Notes: generated from the letters alone by a model not told the origin. Shown: positions 1 through 12,516, numbered from the stretch's first letter. The stretch is 32,000 nucleotides of DNA from Zygophlyctis sp. KS116 (GCA_054661495.1 BAAFSQ010000020.1:30001-62000); one strand, 5' to 3'. Translations and numbers: made by a program.

Positions 1-58
1 CTATAATGAGGCAAATGAAAAAAAGATCTCTACTACCAATGATGCATCAGACATATAA
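1..58 (+). CDS. Possible 3' end of an upstream gene converging on UTP14
   Basis: Frame 2 is open to TAA 56-58 (YNEANEKKISTTNDASDI*); too short to identify. Confidence 0.25.
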   Translation, partial: YNEANEKKISTTNDASDI

Positions 59-123
59 TTTCTTAAATCTAGAATTTTATTCTTAAATAGAATGACAAAA
101 GTGCAGAAATGCGTTTCGTCTCC

Positions 124-2809
124 TTAAAGTTTCCTGCGATTATGAGATTTCTTGCCTTGGGATACAAATTTAAGAGGCTGTATTGGTACCCCCAATTTCT
201 TTTCAATTCTGGGAGCGATCTTTTCTAAATAAATATTTTGAGCGTTCCACTCCTTTCCAATAGGCATACGAATCGTTCTTTCGTACTGGTCACGATTTTG
301 AAATCCATGAGGAACATGAGGAACTAGATATTGGATGGATTTTTTCAATCTCTTTTCATTTATAACAACATGCTTCAAATTGGCATCTTTACGCTTTTCT
401 GCTTCGATTCCAGGGATTTCTTTTACCACCTTCTTCTGCTTCTGCGGCTTCAAACCGATTCCTCCCCATGATCCCTATAGATTAAAAATTATATTTTATA
501 TACCCATCCGGGTAAAGTTAAATCTTCTTCCTTGGGCATATCTCTCTCAATGATTTTCTTCTTTTCAATTTCAAATTCCTACATAATTGAATATAATAAT
601 ATAATACCTCGACAACATTGTCATTTTCGAATGTCATACGCATAATGTCAGAGCGAGAGAGTTTTTTAATATCAGTAGAATGAATCACATCCAATTCCTC
701 ATCATGATTCGATTCATCATCTCCTGAGAGTGCAGAGGATTCATTCTCATCCTGGTCTTTTTGAGAGTCTTCTTCATCAGCAATACCATCATGATCACTC
801 AGATTCTCCTGAACTGAGGCCACTTCTAAATTTTGGCCATCTTCTAAAGCCGTATCTATGTGAATCATACTTTTTTCCTTTTCAGATTCAAACTTTTTCT
901 TATGCTTTTCTAATTTGAGAGCAGATCGAGCACTGTCATCTTTATGGATATGTTTCCTGCTTTTTTGAAGTGGCTCAGATATATCAACCTGAAGCCATGG
1001 ATTTGAAATCGTTTCATTGCTAATAGCCACCTCTACGGATTTAGGCTGTTCATCAACAGATTGTTCTTCTACCAAATTTTCATCGTTTTCGTCAGATGAA
1101 GTATTATCGGCACTGATTTTTTCTGTGGTGTCTGTGGGTTTATTAACATTTCCAAAATAAGCTGTTTGATACTGCTCTTTAATTTCAAACGGCTGTACTT
1201 CAAAAAGAGGCTTGAGTTGCTTTACAGCCCCAACTGTGATTGGCCCAGAAGTTTGTAAGCCAACTATATTAACTTGATCCTTAAAATCCTCAGAGTCAGT
1301 TGATAAATATCCATCACTAACAACTGGAGATTCCATATGATTGATGGTAGGATTTTCAGGGTTAGCATCTTCTGATATTTCTCCTTCATCTTCATGTCCC
1401 ATCTCTCTAACATTTCTAATCATTTCTTTTGTTTCTGTCCTTTGACGCTCGAGAGCTTTTTGCATAAATTTCATGCCCATCAGTCCCTTCAAAGGCGGGG
1501 TCACATTATCAATGTCTTTCTCCAAGTTGTCCAATTTAATCATTTGATTATCAATAGTGTCCTGCTCATCATTAATATCTGAGTCATCTGATTCGTTCCC
1601 AGTAATCCTCTTCTTCAACTCTTGATGTTTTTCTAGTTGTTTCATCAAGGCGACTCTAGTTTCGGGATCATTATCCTTTCTGGCCAAGATTTGCTTTGCC
1701 CATTTACTAGTATTCTTATGCTTTAGGGAGACTCTTTCTTTTGCTCTGTCTAGCTCCAACTTTTCTAATTTTTCTTTAGCAAGTTGAGGATCAATTCTTT
1801 TTAGCTCTTCCAAATCCAAATCAAGTGCATCCACAGTCTTTTTACGATGCAATTTTCTATAAACCTTGCTCTTTATTTTTGCCACTTTTTTTTGCTTCTG
1901 TTCTTTATAAAAACAGAGCGCTCTCATTTTAGACAACTCTTTTTGTCTTTCTAGCAATTGTTCCTTTGATAAATTAAGCAATTTCAACTCTTCATTTTCT
2001 GCAACATCATTCTCACCCATTCCTGATTCCTTGATCAAACTCGAAATTTCCTTCTCTAAATCCGTCACTGGATTAAATTGGCCAACCAATGCAGAGCTAT
2101 AATTAATCAACAAATATCCAACTTACCTAGTCATATTAATCCCCTTCTCTTCATCAAAATGCAAATGATCAGCTTCTCTATTTTTCTTTATAATTGGTGT
2201 CCATTTAGAGATTTTTTTACTTGCCTCATCATATGCTGCAATTCTCTCCATTCTATATTTAGCGATAATGCATTACCTATTCTTTATCCTTGTAGCAGCG
2301 GGTGCATCCACTCTATTAGAGTTTTCCAGTCCCTTGAGTTTCTTCTTCAAAGCACCAAAAGATGTTTCTTCCTGCACACTCTCCATTAAATCACTTATCG
2401 AGACTTTCCCAGTTGATGGAATAGTGAATTCCCCTTGTTTAGCATTCAGATCAACAGTTTTCCTCTTTTTAGAAACCATGTATGATAAATCTTTGACTGA
2501 TCCATCCGAATCCGAATCTGAAAATTCATTCAGCGGATCATCCAATTGTTCCAAAGGATCAATCAGATCTTGAAGATTTTCTCTTTTGATGAGATCGCTC
2601 AAATCCCCTTCTTGTCCGAAATCATCATCGTCCAATGATTCATTTTCCGAGCCATTTTCTGTATGGAAATAAGATCCAAACTTTTCTTCATCGCTTTCAT
2701 TGAAAACCATGTCCTCATCAATTTCCTCATCATCCTTTGGATCTACTTGTTCGGACTCTGATGCATCATCCTCCTGCTCTTCCCGATAGATATTGTAAAT
2801 ATTCTTCAT
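124..2809 (-). CDS. UTP14: U3 snoRNP/SSU processome protein Utp14 (857 aa, 5 exons)
   Basis: Introns 2253-2276, 2097-2126, 579-607, 475-503 (GT..AG, 24-30 nt). Splicing restores MERIAAYDE..KW, KVAKIKSKVYRK, RAKERVSLKHKNTSKWAK, LPGW|GSWGG and YERTIRMPIGKEWN, all Utp14 hallmarks. Confidence 0.95.
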
Positions 2810-2813
2810 TGGT

Positions 2814-2823
2814 TGAAATTTTT
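2814..2823. promoter_or_regulatory. RRPE-like element TGAAATTTTT just upstream of UTP14
   Basis: Resembles the yeast ribosome-biogenesis RRPE motif and sits next to a ribosome-biogenesis gene. A chance match is plausible in AT-rich DNA. Confidence 0.3.
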
Positions 2824-2998
2824 AAAAAGAATAATTTTCTTTTTTGCAAAAAACTCAATGGACAAACGGAAAAGTCATATTCTCAAAAATGCATTCAAAC
2901 AGCTACAGTTTAATTAGTTTATTAAATTGATATTTGATTTATTTGATTTAAACTCAACGACACCGACGGTCTGCGGTTGTGCAGTTTGTTCATAAACC

Positions 2999-5900
2999 CT
3001 ACTCTTGAACTACTTCTTCAGGAGCTTTTTGTACAGTGGGCCGTATCCAATGAGATTTTGAGTTTCTAAGAGTTCCAATTTCTTTAATAAGGCCTCTATT
3101 CTCCATAATTGAGTTTATGTTGACAGATTTAAATCGGGAAATTGAAGAATCTGTCTGAATGCGTAAAGAAGCAATCTTTTCTCTTAAAAATTCTTGCTGA
3201 TCTAGACATTCTTTTTTAATAGATTGATTCATTTTTGAATTTTGAAGTTCAGACTCTCTTGATCCATATTTCTTTGCGAGATTTTCAATAGACTTTTTAA
3301 GTAGATGAGGTTCTTGAAAGTAGTGGATGCAATCTTGAAGATCAGCACGGAAAGATTTGATCTGTGAGTTATATTTCATGAGTTTTTCATGTTCCTTGAC
3401 GTAGTCCTTCTTTTTGACTTGTAAGACATTACATAGTTTGGCAATATTTTCTTCTAATGATATCTTTTGTCGAGATAAGCTATCTAATTCAGTATTAATA
3501 TCTTGAATTTCAGATGTCATTTCGGCAATTTCATTCTCTCTTGGCTCTACTTGTTCCTTTAATTCCTTGATCCTGAAATCAAGAACAAACTTGTACTTTT
3601 CGAGCTCTTGATTTCTTTTCTTGAGATCATAAACTTTTCTTTCTTTTTCTTGAATGTGTTCGTCTCTTTCAGTCATCTATTATAATAAAAGTTTTGATTA
3701 TTACCTCTTTTCGTAGATTTACAATGTCTTTTTCAAATCCTAGAATAATGTTTTGTAGTTTTTTCTGATTATCAGCCATCCTGGCCATTTCAGACTTGTT
3801 TTCCTCAATATCCTTATTCAAAGTATTGAATTTTTTTCTCATGATTCCATTCTCTCCTTTTAGTCTAGCTGCCTCTTCTCTTTCCGATTTGACCTTTTTT
3901 TCATATCGATTGGTTAATGCTACAACTTCAGTGTCGATGTCTTCTTCATTTTGTTTTGTCATTTCTTCAAGCTCTTTAACCTGTTCTTTCAGCTCATCTT
4001 TTGTCTGATTTTTAGTCTAAATTTCATTTACCTTGTTTATTGCAGAGATTTTAGAATTCAAATGATTCTCAGCAACTGTTTGTGTTTCTGTAAGAGTTAC
4101 ATGTGTCTCTCTTTCGAATTCAACCATTTCATCTTGCCGACCTTTTTGTAATATATTGGATTTTTCTTGTTCTCGTTCATATTTCTCATACTCTTCCATG
4201 AGTTGTGAATTGTTTTTTGTTTCTACATCCTATGTTTAATATTAAATCAAATATTACATGAATTTCTTGAACATGTTTTGATTTTAAATTGGAAAGTTCT
4301 TCTTGATGTTTAACACTTTCCTTATCTTTTTCTGTTCTTAGCACAGATGCAGAGATTTTAAGAGCCTCAATCTCTTGGGTATACTTTTCAGTAATATCCT
4401 TTAATTTCTCATTGAAATTCATATCCTTTAATCGTAGCTGATATTCATGTTCCAGTTTTAATTCTTCGAGTCCTCTTTGCAGTTCTCCCATTATTACTGT
4501 TTTTTCTTCAAGATCAGATTTGGTAATTAAAACCTTGCGATTAATTATATACTATTACCTCATCAGAGTAAATAGGAGCTTTAGTGCTTTTGATTGAATG
4601 CTCATCTTTGTCTGAAATTCTGAAAATGTATACACACCCATCTTCAGCTGCTGAGAAAAGGTATTGATCATCCGCTGAAATTCGTAACTTTGTAACTGGA
4701 CCAGAATGAGCTTCATGTTCTTGAAAGTCACTAACATCTGACAATGGAAATTTAAAGGCCTTTATAGAACCAGTTGAAGTTCCTATTAATTAAAAATCTT
4801 GGGAAAAAATACCTGCAAACATCATTCTTCCAGAATTTGAAAGGATAACTTGTGTTAGAATTGAGCTGCTATGCAGTTCCCGAGTGACAGAAGACTCTGT
4901 GATTTCTTTCAAAAGATGATCTATCCCAACAGCATAGACTGTTTTAGCGTCAGAAGTACATATTGCAGATGAATAACTGCATACTTTCAATATATGCTCT
5001 GTTTCACGCTTGAATTCTCTTGTATTCCAAGTATATACGGCACCATCAGTTCCTGCAGAGACTAGAACACTATCGTCCGGGGTGAAATATAAACTTCGAA
5101 CTTTTCCATTATGACCTTTAAGCACTCCAATCATCTCAAAGGTCCATACAGAATATATTTGAATCATATTTCCATGTGTAGCAGCAAAAAAATGACCGCC
5201 ATTAGAGAAACGACACTAATCATCAGAAATTAAACAATACTTCTTGACATGATCGCAATGGAAATTCTCTAAAGGTTCGTAAATCATCTAATAAGATATT
5301 CATCAATCGTAGCTTATCGCTGAATCCTGCTAAAATATACAGCCCTGAAGGATGGAGTGAAACTGATAAAATATCCTCTGGGAAAGTTTTGACCTGTTCA
5401 CAAGTTGCTGTTATATAATTCCATATCCGAATTGATTTATCTGTACTGCATGTGACAAGAAAGGGCTTCCTGGAACATACATCCATACCTTTAACCGGAC
5501 CATAATGAAAACCATGAGCGATTGTATCATATTGTAGTTCATTTTCCTAATATTTTAACTTTTTTAATTACCTTTTTAGCCAAATCGGTATCTTCCAAAG
5601 AAATTTTAAATATTTGATTTTGATCAGAGGATATTATAATATCACGATATGAAGGACTGATAGACATTGTCTTTATATGTAATTCTTGATCTGGAAATTG
5701 AATTTTTCTTTTAATTTCATAACCATCCGCTCTCACATCTTGAAAAACTCGAGAATATAATACAATAGTTCCATGAGCCCCAGCAGCAGCAAACCCATTA
5801 TCAAAATTAGCAAGACAATCTACCGCCAAATTAGTAGCAAAATTCAATTCTTGTATCAGATTACCATCTAAAACAATGTAAATTTTCCCATCAGAACTTC

Positions 5901-6610
5901 CAAGAGCAATTGCATTATTTTGAAGCCAAATATGATTATAAAAATCCTTGTTCGGACAAGATGTCCGAATTGATCTTAGTAGCCCTTCAGAATATCTAAA
6001 TATTTTAAATATTTTATCCCCAATAACACAAATTTCCGTGGCATCAAATGGATTAATTGAAATTTGTGTTATATTTCCATTAAATCCTACTGGAGCAGAT
6101 GGAATAGATGCAATTGCTTTCCCCTTCTCCCAAGCATAATAATGTAATTGAAACTCTGGGCCATTCATTTGAGCTGCTAAATATTTTCCATCTAAAGAAA
6201 AAGACAATGCAGTAAATTCCTAAATTAAGTCTAGATCATATTACCTTATTTTCACCAGGATCTGCAAATATTGTTTTTCTCTTTCTAAAGGTGTTTAATT
6301 CATAGACTGTAATCGTTGGTTTGACTGATGATGCTTCTGCGAGTGCCATCATTGTCCGATCAGCAGTTACTGCCACTGACGAAATCCCTTCTCCATGCTC
6401 TGGAACCTGTATAAACTTTTGAGTATTATTTTCAATATTATAAACTATGAGTTTAATCTGTAGACACGTACCGACAATATTAGATCCTGCTGGATACAAA
6501 ATCGTATTTTCATCCAAAAAGAATAAGTTATCCTTGATGCGATTGATGCCAAAAACATGACTAGCATTAATAAGTAAGATTTACGTATGAGATACTGAAG
6601 CGATTGACAT
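2999..6610 (-). CDS. CFAP57: Cilia- and flagella-associated protein 57 / WDR65 (WD40 + coiled coil; 1115 aa, 11 exons)
   Basis: Introns 6561-6584, 6445-6471, 6220-6244, 5547-5571, 5216-5240, 4783-4812, 4534-4558, 4230-4257, 4005-4031, 3677-3704. Motifs HVFGI..YPAGSN, MDVCSRKPFLVTCSTDKSIRIWNY, CRFSNGGHFFAA, EVLITKSDLEEK, LKGENGIMRKKF, LKKRNQELEKYKFVLDFRIKELK. Confidence 0.93.
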
Positions 6611-6859
6611 TATTTCCGATAACTCGAAACAATAGGAATTACTCAAGTTTATGCAATGGAAAAATCTCAAAATTTAAAATCATCATGGCATAAAGAATGC
6701 GGTGTTTTTTATTATAGACTAAAATCATTAGCATAGGCATAGATTGAAAGTCTTTGGACATGGGCAAACTCGCGTCGTAAAATTTCCGCAGAGCGTCAAG
6801 CACGCTATTTCCCCACTAGATCTTGGTATCAACCTTTACGCTCATAATGATAGATAGAA

Positions 6860-9034
6860 ATGGCACATTGTTTAACAGAGTTGTCTGTCTCAGATGGCTC
6901 AACCCCAATAAATGATAAAATAGAAGATATTCCCTGTTATGGGAAGCTAAAGGATTTGGAAATCATGGTTCCGCCGCAATGGTGGAAAACTGTCTTTGCA
7001 GACTCTACATATCTCAAAACAGATGGGGATTGTGTAGAGGATCCTCAAATTACAAAGGAAGAAATATCACTGCTCCTATCAAATACAGAATTAAAGTCAT
7101 TGATTGAAAATGGTATGTATTTTAACTATTGTCCGCTTTAATAATATGCGGACAACAAATAAAAATGTTTCTAATATAAAGGAAAACCAAAAATTTTAGA
7201 TCTTTGTTGTGGTCAAGGAAGACATTCACTATATTTGGCAAATTTATATCCGCATTTACAAGTTTATGGTCATGATCAGTCGTCTTTTCTTATTTCATTA
7301 GCTAAAGAACGCGCAAATTATCAAAAGAGTCAAACCAATTTTACAGTAGGAGATTGTCGGGAAATTCCTTATGATGATCAAATGTTTGATATTGTCTTGC
7401 TTTTGGGAAATTCTTTTGGTTATTTTTCCGATAATGATTCTGACAAAAAAGTTTTGGATCAAGTTTTGAGAGTTTTAAAGCCAGGAGGGATTGTGGTTTT
7501 AGATATAACAGATGGAGAATATATGCGGAGTAATTATGTTCAGCGTGCTTGGGAATGGGTAGATGATTCTACATTTGTTTGTAGAGAAAGGCAACTTTCA
7601 AAGGATAATCTACGGTTAATATCCAGGGAAATTGTTACTGTTGCTAATAGAGGAGTTGTGAGAGATCAATTTTATCAGGAACGACTTTATGGACGAGCAG
7701 AGCTGGAAAATCTTGCAGTCTCGGCGGGTTTAGACCTGATTGCTCAACCACAAACAAACAATGTTGAATCGGTCATTACTGTTGCCAAGGAATTAAGTAA
7801 ATTAAAGGATGATTTAGGAATGATGGAGCAGAGAATTTTGTTTTTTGCCAAAAAACCTCTTTCTTCGCCAAGTAGTGAAAGTGAAACTTCATCTAGTACC
7901 TTGGTGACAAAAAATTTGGAAAATGTATCAATTTCAGCTGAACTACCTTCTATTTCTGATATGGTGATACTTTTAGGAGATGCCACTCAGCCATGTGTTG
8001 GAAAATTGAATGATACTTGGAACAGTGAAGATTTAGCTACTAGACAAATCTTACTAGCAGCCATCAGTTCTTTAGGATTTTCCAGTGATGCTGTAACTGT
8101 ATTAGACAATCACGAATCATTTCATCGAATTTTAGCAGCTAAAAAGCCAAGTTTTGTTTTTAATTTATGCGATGAAGGATTCAATAATGATGCTTTAAAG
8201 GAGTTACATGTCCCTGCTATCCTGGATATGCTTAATATTCCTTATTCTGGAGCTGGGCCCAATTGTCTTGCCTATTGTTATGATAAAGGACTAGTTAATC
8301 GGACAGCCGAAGCTCTCGGTGTTCCGACTCCAAAAGAGATTTTATTTTTAGGAGATTCTGGTACACCAGCTATTTCAAGTGTTGAAAAGTTGGATGCAGT
8401 TGTAAAATCTGATATCAAATATCCAGCATTCATCAAGCCAGTTAAAGGAGATAATTCCTTGGGAATCACTCCACAGTCCATTGTAAATAACAAGGAAGAT
8501 CTCTCGAAATATTTATCTCATTTAAAAGAAATTGGTATAGTTGATGTACTAGTTCAAGAATATCTCCAAGGAACAGAATATGGAGTGGGAGTAATTGGTA
8601 ATATTGGTCAAGGCTTCCATTTCTTTCCTATTTTAGAGGTTGATTATTCAAATATTATTGCTTCTCATCTACCCCCTATTCTTGGATTTGATTCAAAATG
8701 GAATCCCTCATCTCCTTACTGGACAGATATTGTTTATAAGAAAGCAGAAATTCCAAAACAAGTTGAATCACGATTGCATGCAGCATGTATAAGTCTTTGG
8801 GAAAGATTTGGATGCCGTGATTATGCCAGATTTGATTTTCGTGCAGACAATGGCTCTGGCTATGATCAGCCAAACAGCAGTATTAAATTACTAGAAGTGA
8901 ATCCTAATCCTGGATGGTGCTGGGATGGAAAGTTGGCACATATGGGAAGATTTGAAGGGAAAGAGTATCATGAAATATTGGGAATGATTTTAGAAGCCTC
9001 ATGGGGGAGAATATGCCGGGAAAATCAAAATTAG
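6860..9034 (+). CDS. Class I SAM-dependent methyltransferase fused to a D-Ala-D-Ala-ligase-like ATP-grasp domain (701 aa, 2 exons)
   Basis: Intron 7113-7181 (GTATGT..CTAATATAAAG) joins exon 1 to ILDLCCGQGRH (SAM motif I); also GNSFGYF and VLKPGG. C-terminal ATP-grasp motifs: CYDK, FIKPVKGDNSLGI, VLVQEYL.G.E, RDYARFDFR, LLEVNPNPG. Confidence 0.9.
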
Positions 9035-9059
9035 AGAAGGCGTAGGTTGAAAAATCGCC

Positions 9060-9880
9060 ATGTTTGATGAGATATCGTCGTTTATTGAGAGAATCCCTCC
9101 ACTGACCCGTTATATTTGCCTTTCGACATTCTTCCTGTCCTTGTCTGCACAATTCGGACTGGTCAACCCAATGCAGTTGATTCTAGATATGAAGCAAATC
9201 GTGAATTTCCAGGTATTTCAGGCGCAACTAAAGATAGTTTTGGAGGCTTTTTACATGTATGTGCCTCAGCTCTGGCTTTGGTCTTTTAATGCATTTGTAC
9301 TTTGTGCACTCTTGGCTTTCGTCTTTGGAATCTCAAACGTTTCGTGGAAGAAAAGGGTAATCAGTTGATTCGCTAAACTAACTAGCGATTGTTTTATGAT
9401 GTTGGTGTTTATCATGTTATCAATTTCAGTCATTGGTATGGCTGTAAAATTAGCAGTCTTGACAAATTCTTTCAGTATGGCGATTGTGTATATTTGGTCA
9501 TCATTGAATCCAGAAGAAATTGTACAATTCATGTTTGGCTTAAGATTCAAGGTATAAAAGTTGGAATTTTATTTTAGGCAGCAATGCTTCCATGGGTCTT
9601 TTTAGGATTTGATGTTTTACAAGGAGGTAGTCCTATCCCAGGGATAATTGGAATTATTGTAGGTCATTCTTACCATTTCCTGGAAAATATTTACCCATCA
9701 ACGCACAATGGATCTAAATTATATTTCACGCCTGAAATTGTTAAGAATGCATTTGATCCTTTAGAGCCTAAAGAAATGACTAGTTCAGCTAGTGGATATT
9801 CTTCTCAGCCTGGTAATCAAGCCAAGGCATCAGACTCTTCAGGGACTTTTGGTGGCAAGGGCTATAGACTTGGATCTTGA
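9060..9880 (+). CDS. Derlin (Der1/Dfm1-like ERAD rhomboid pseudoprotease, 246 aa)
   Basis: Introns 9213-9237, 9357-9385, 9552-9577. IPPLTRY, Q|FWRLFT, FMFGLRFK|AAMLPW, GIIVGHSYHFL, and a C-terminal SHP box FGGKGYRLG. Confidence 0.92.
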
Positions 9881-9891
9881 TAACTGTGTTG

Positions 9892-10929
9892 ATGACTTTG
9901 CCGTATATTCTGAGAGAATCAACGCCTGAAGAGTATTTAAAGGTGATATCAATAAATTATGGATCATGGGGGCATCCTCTTTCCTTGGAAGATTATATTG
10001 ATCGTGAGTTTACACTAGCAAAAGTATCAAGGGAAGTTCGCAGATCTTGGGTTTTGATGAGCGGCGATGAGATTCTTTCAAGTTGTGAAACTTATCAAAC
10101 TCCATTGATTGCAAAGATTGATGGTCAGATCGTTGATGGATCTAGTTTTGGTGTAGCATCAGTGTATGAATTATTGTTTTGATTTGGTAGTTTTACACCA
10201 GTGAAACACAGAGGAAATAGTTATGCTACGTCAATGATGAAGATGTTGTATGGCGAATTGTTCAGTGACAAACAAGATTTAATCGGTATCATTACAAAAA
10301 TTTAAAAACTCTTAGGATCGCATCTGTATTCAGATGTTGGACCCAATTTTTATTCTAAAATTGGATGGGATTTGTATCCTTCATTATCTGCTGAAATAGA
10401 TGTTGATAATTACAAGTCAATCAAGCCCAGAGGTATAATAAACACAATATCCATTCCAGACCTGGAGATACTCTTGAAAACGGATGTAGAAAGATTGGTG
10501 GAGAATATGCAAGACAATACATTTTTGCTCAAACCAACGACACAATCAATTGGTTGGTTGTATGCTCGGTCTGTTTTTGTTGCAGAAAAAATGGGTAAAC
10601 CATCAGTTACATCAGTAGGTGTTGGATATGATGATTCCTTTTTACTCTGGTATTTATCATTCAAAGAGAATTCCATGTATGTAATCAGATTACACGATCC
10701 TTTCAAGTCTAAAATTCCCAATTTGATTGAAGCTGCAGTTGCAGAGGCAAAGTTTTACGGTCTTTCAAAAATTGTGATTTGGAATCCAGATATAGAATAT
10801 TGGAGCAAAGTAGACTCTGTGAAAATTGTTGAAAGAGAAGACTCACTATCTTCCATGGCTCTGCAATATAAAGGTATGAAATTAGAGAAATTTGGTTGGA
10901 TGCAAAATGAAAAATATTCTTGGGTGTGA
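9892..10929 (+). CDS. GNAT acetyltransferase, fungal LYC1-like (326 aa)
   Basis: Introns 10164-10190, 10286-10315. WG..LS.EDY..RE, LSSCET, VASVFTPVKHRGNSYA (acetyl-CoA motif A), SHLYSDVGPNFYSKIGW and C-terminal W..NEKYSW. Confidence 0.85.
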
Positions 10930-10933
10930 TTTT

Positions 10934-12516
10934 TCAGTCTGAGTTTTTTTCTTGTCTGTTTGAAATGTCATTTAGTGATGGCCAAGATGTCTTTTCTGAT
11001 CTATCATGTTTACTACGGACACGACCTATACTAGATTTAATAGAATTCACTATATTTTTGCGATATGATCCTAGAGAAGGGGTCAGATGTACAGAATCTA
11101 GATTCATTTCAACTGAATCCTTTTTCCTATCAACAAGGCTAGTATTTTTTCTTGGCTCGCGAAGTAGTGATAACTCATCTATTCCCTTTTCCGTGTAGAA
11201 TTTTTGAGTTAAAATACAGTGCGATACAAAAATTCCAACACTCTCTTCACTCATTGAATTTAGAGACTGAAGAGCAAAAGGTGCATTTGGTTGAATAGGT
11301 GGCTTTCTTGGTTTTGGATATAAGTTCCCAGTTAAAAGAGACACGAAATATTTATAAGTATAGAATGGTTCAGATTGGAAATACTTTATCTGATCCATTA
11401 TTTCAATTGTAACCTTTTTAGGAGTATTTGATTTTCTTTCCATCTCTGAGATATATGTCAAATCATGAATATATATTCCAAAATATGGAATCATTGGCTT
11501 TGAAATATTGAGTTTCATCCATTGACGATACTGAGAATAATTATCTTGTTCCGAACAGAATTCTAACAAAGCATTCAAGTCCTTGATTTTCTTTTTTGAT
11601 ACCAATGACCAAGTAATTTTTAATCTGTAAAGAGGGGGGGATTGAAGTGCACTAGTGATTGCCTTTAACGACTGAAAGTTACGAAGCTGATATAATCGTT
11701 TACTTGTTTTAATCCAATATTCCAAAACCTCGGCTCTTGCATTAGGTGTCTTTGGATTTAACGCTGCATGTTCAACAACTCTACATAGATAATTGAAAAA
11801 TTGTGTTGATGGTTCAATTGATGATTTGGATTGATTCTTATTAAAAAAGTCTGATGGTAAAATTCCACGAAATAGTTCCTGATCAATAAGACATAACTGA
11901 AAGGCCAGATAAAAAGGTCTTATATGATGAATTTCTGTTAAAGAGGCTGCTATATGTATAAAATCCATAATCTTTTGTAGCAATTCGATCTTTGATGAAA
12001 ATCCTCCAAATAAATCCTTTTCGGGATTAAAATCTGGATCTTTTTGAATCAATTTAGTATACATTTTAAGAAGAGTTGATTGCGGCGCTATCGGTATATA
12101 TACATCTTTTTCATGCCCTGATTGATCATGATTCACAAAATCATTTGTCATACTTTCCGGAGAATCATACATTCTTTTCATATTCAGCAAGTCTTCTGGT
12201 GAAGATTCTTCTAATTCTTTTGTTGAGCGATTACTCAAATATGCCGGTTTCGGTGGAACTAGAGGAGGAATCCGCCGATTATTAATCGATTGTAGCTTTG
12301 CAGCACATTTTTTTACAGTTTCTATTAATTCATCGTGTGATTTCTTATCTAGACTATAATCATTAGAATTATCAATCAAGATTGTTGAGATATCATTTAA
12401 AATCAATGCATAGATTGCATACGCATCCTGATCTTTTTAGATTCTGTAAGACTTACCTTGTGCTGAGAACTTTGCTCAAATGCATTAGCTTTTTCTAGAT
12501 AATCTTGAAAATGCAT
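10934..12516 (-). CDS. Cdc25-type RasGEF domain protein (517 aa)
   Basis: Intron 12428-12456. LAFQLCLIDQELFRGI, RAEVLEYWIK, LRNFQSLKAITSALQSPPLYRLKITW, NYSQYR, PMIPYFGIYIHDLTYI. Confidence 0.88.

Noticed and set aside
4017-4031. 15-nt intron (alternative in-frame acceptor in CFAP57)
   Set aside because: The 27-nt form (4005-4031) fits the length norm and includes the ACTAA branch-like signal; RNA-seq could still test it.
6611-6859. RFX X-box upstream of CFAP57
   Set aside because: Only a weak partial match (TGCAATGGAAA); cannot be supported.
6860-9034. Bacterial contamination or a true D-Ala-D-Ala ligase
   Set aside because: It has a spliceosomal intron, host-like composition and fungal neighbours 25 nt away, and it lacks the Ddl N-terminal motif.
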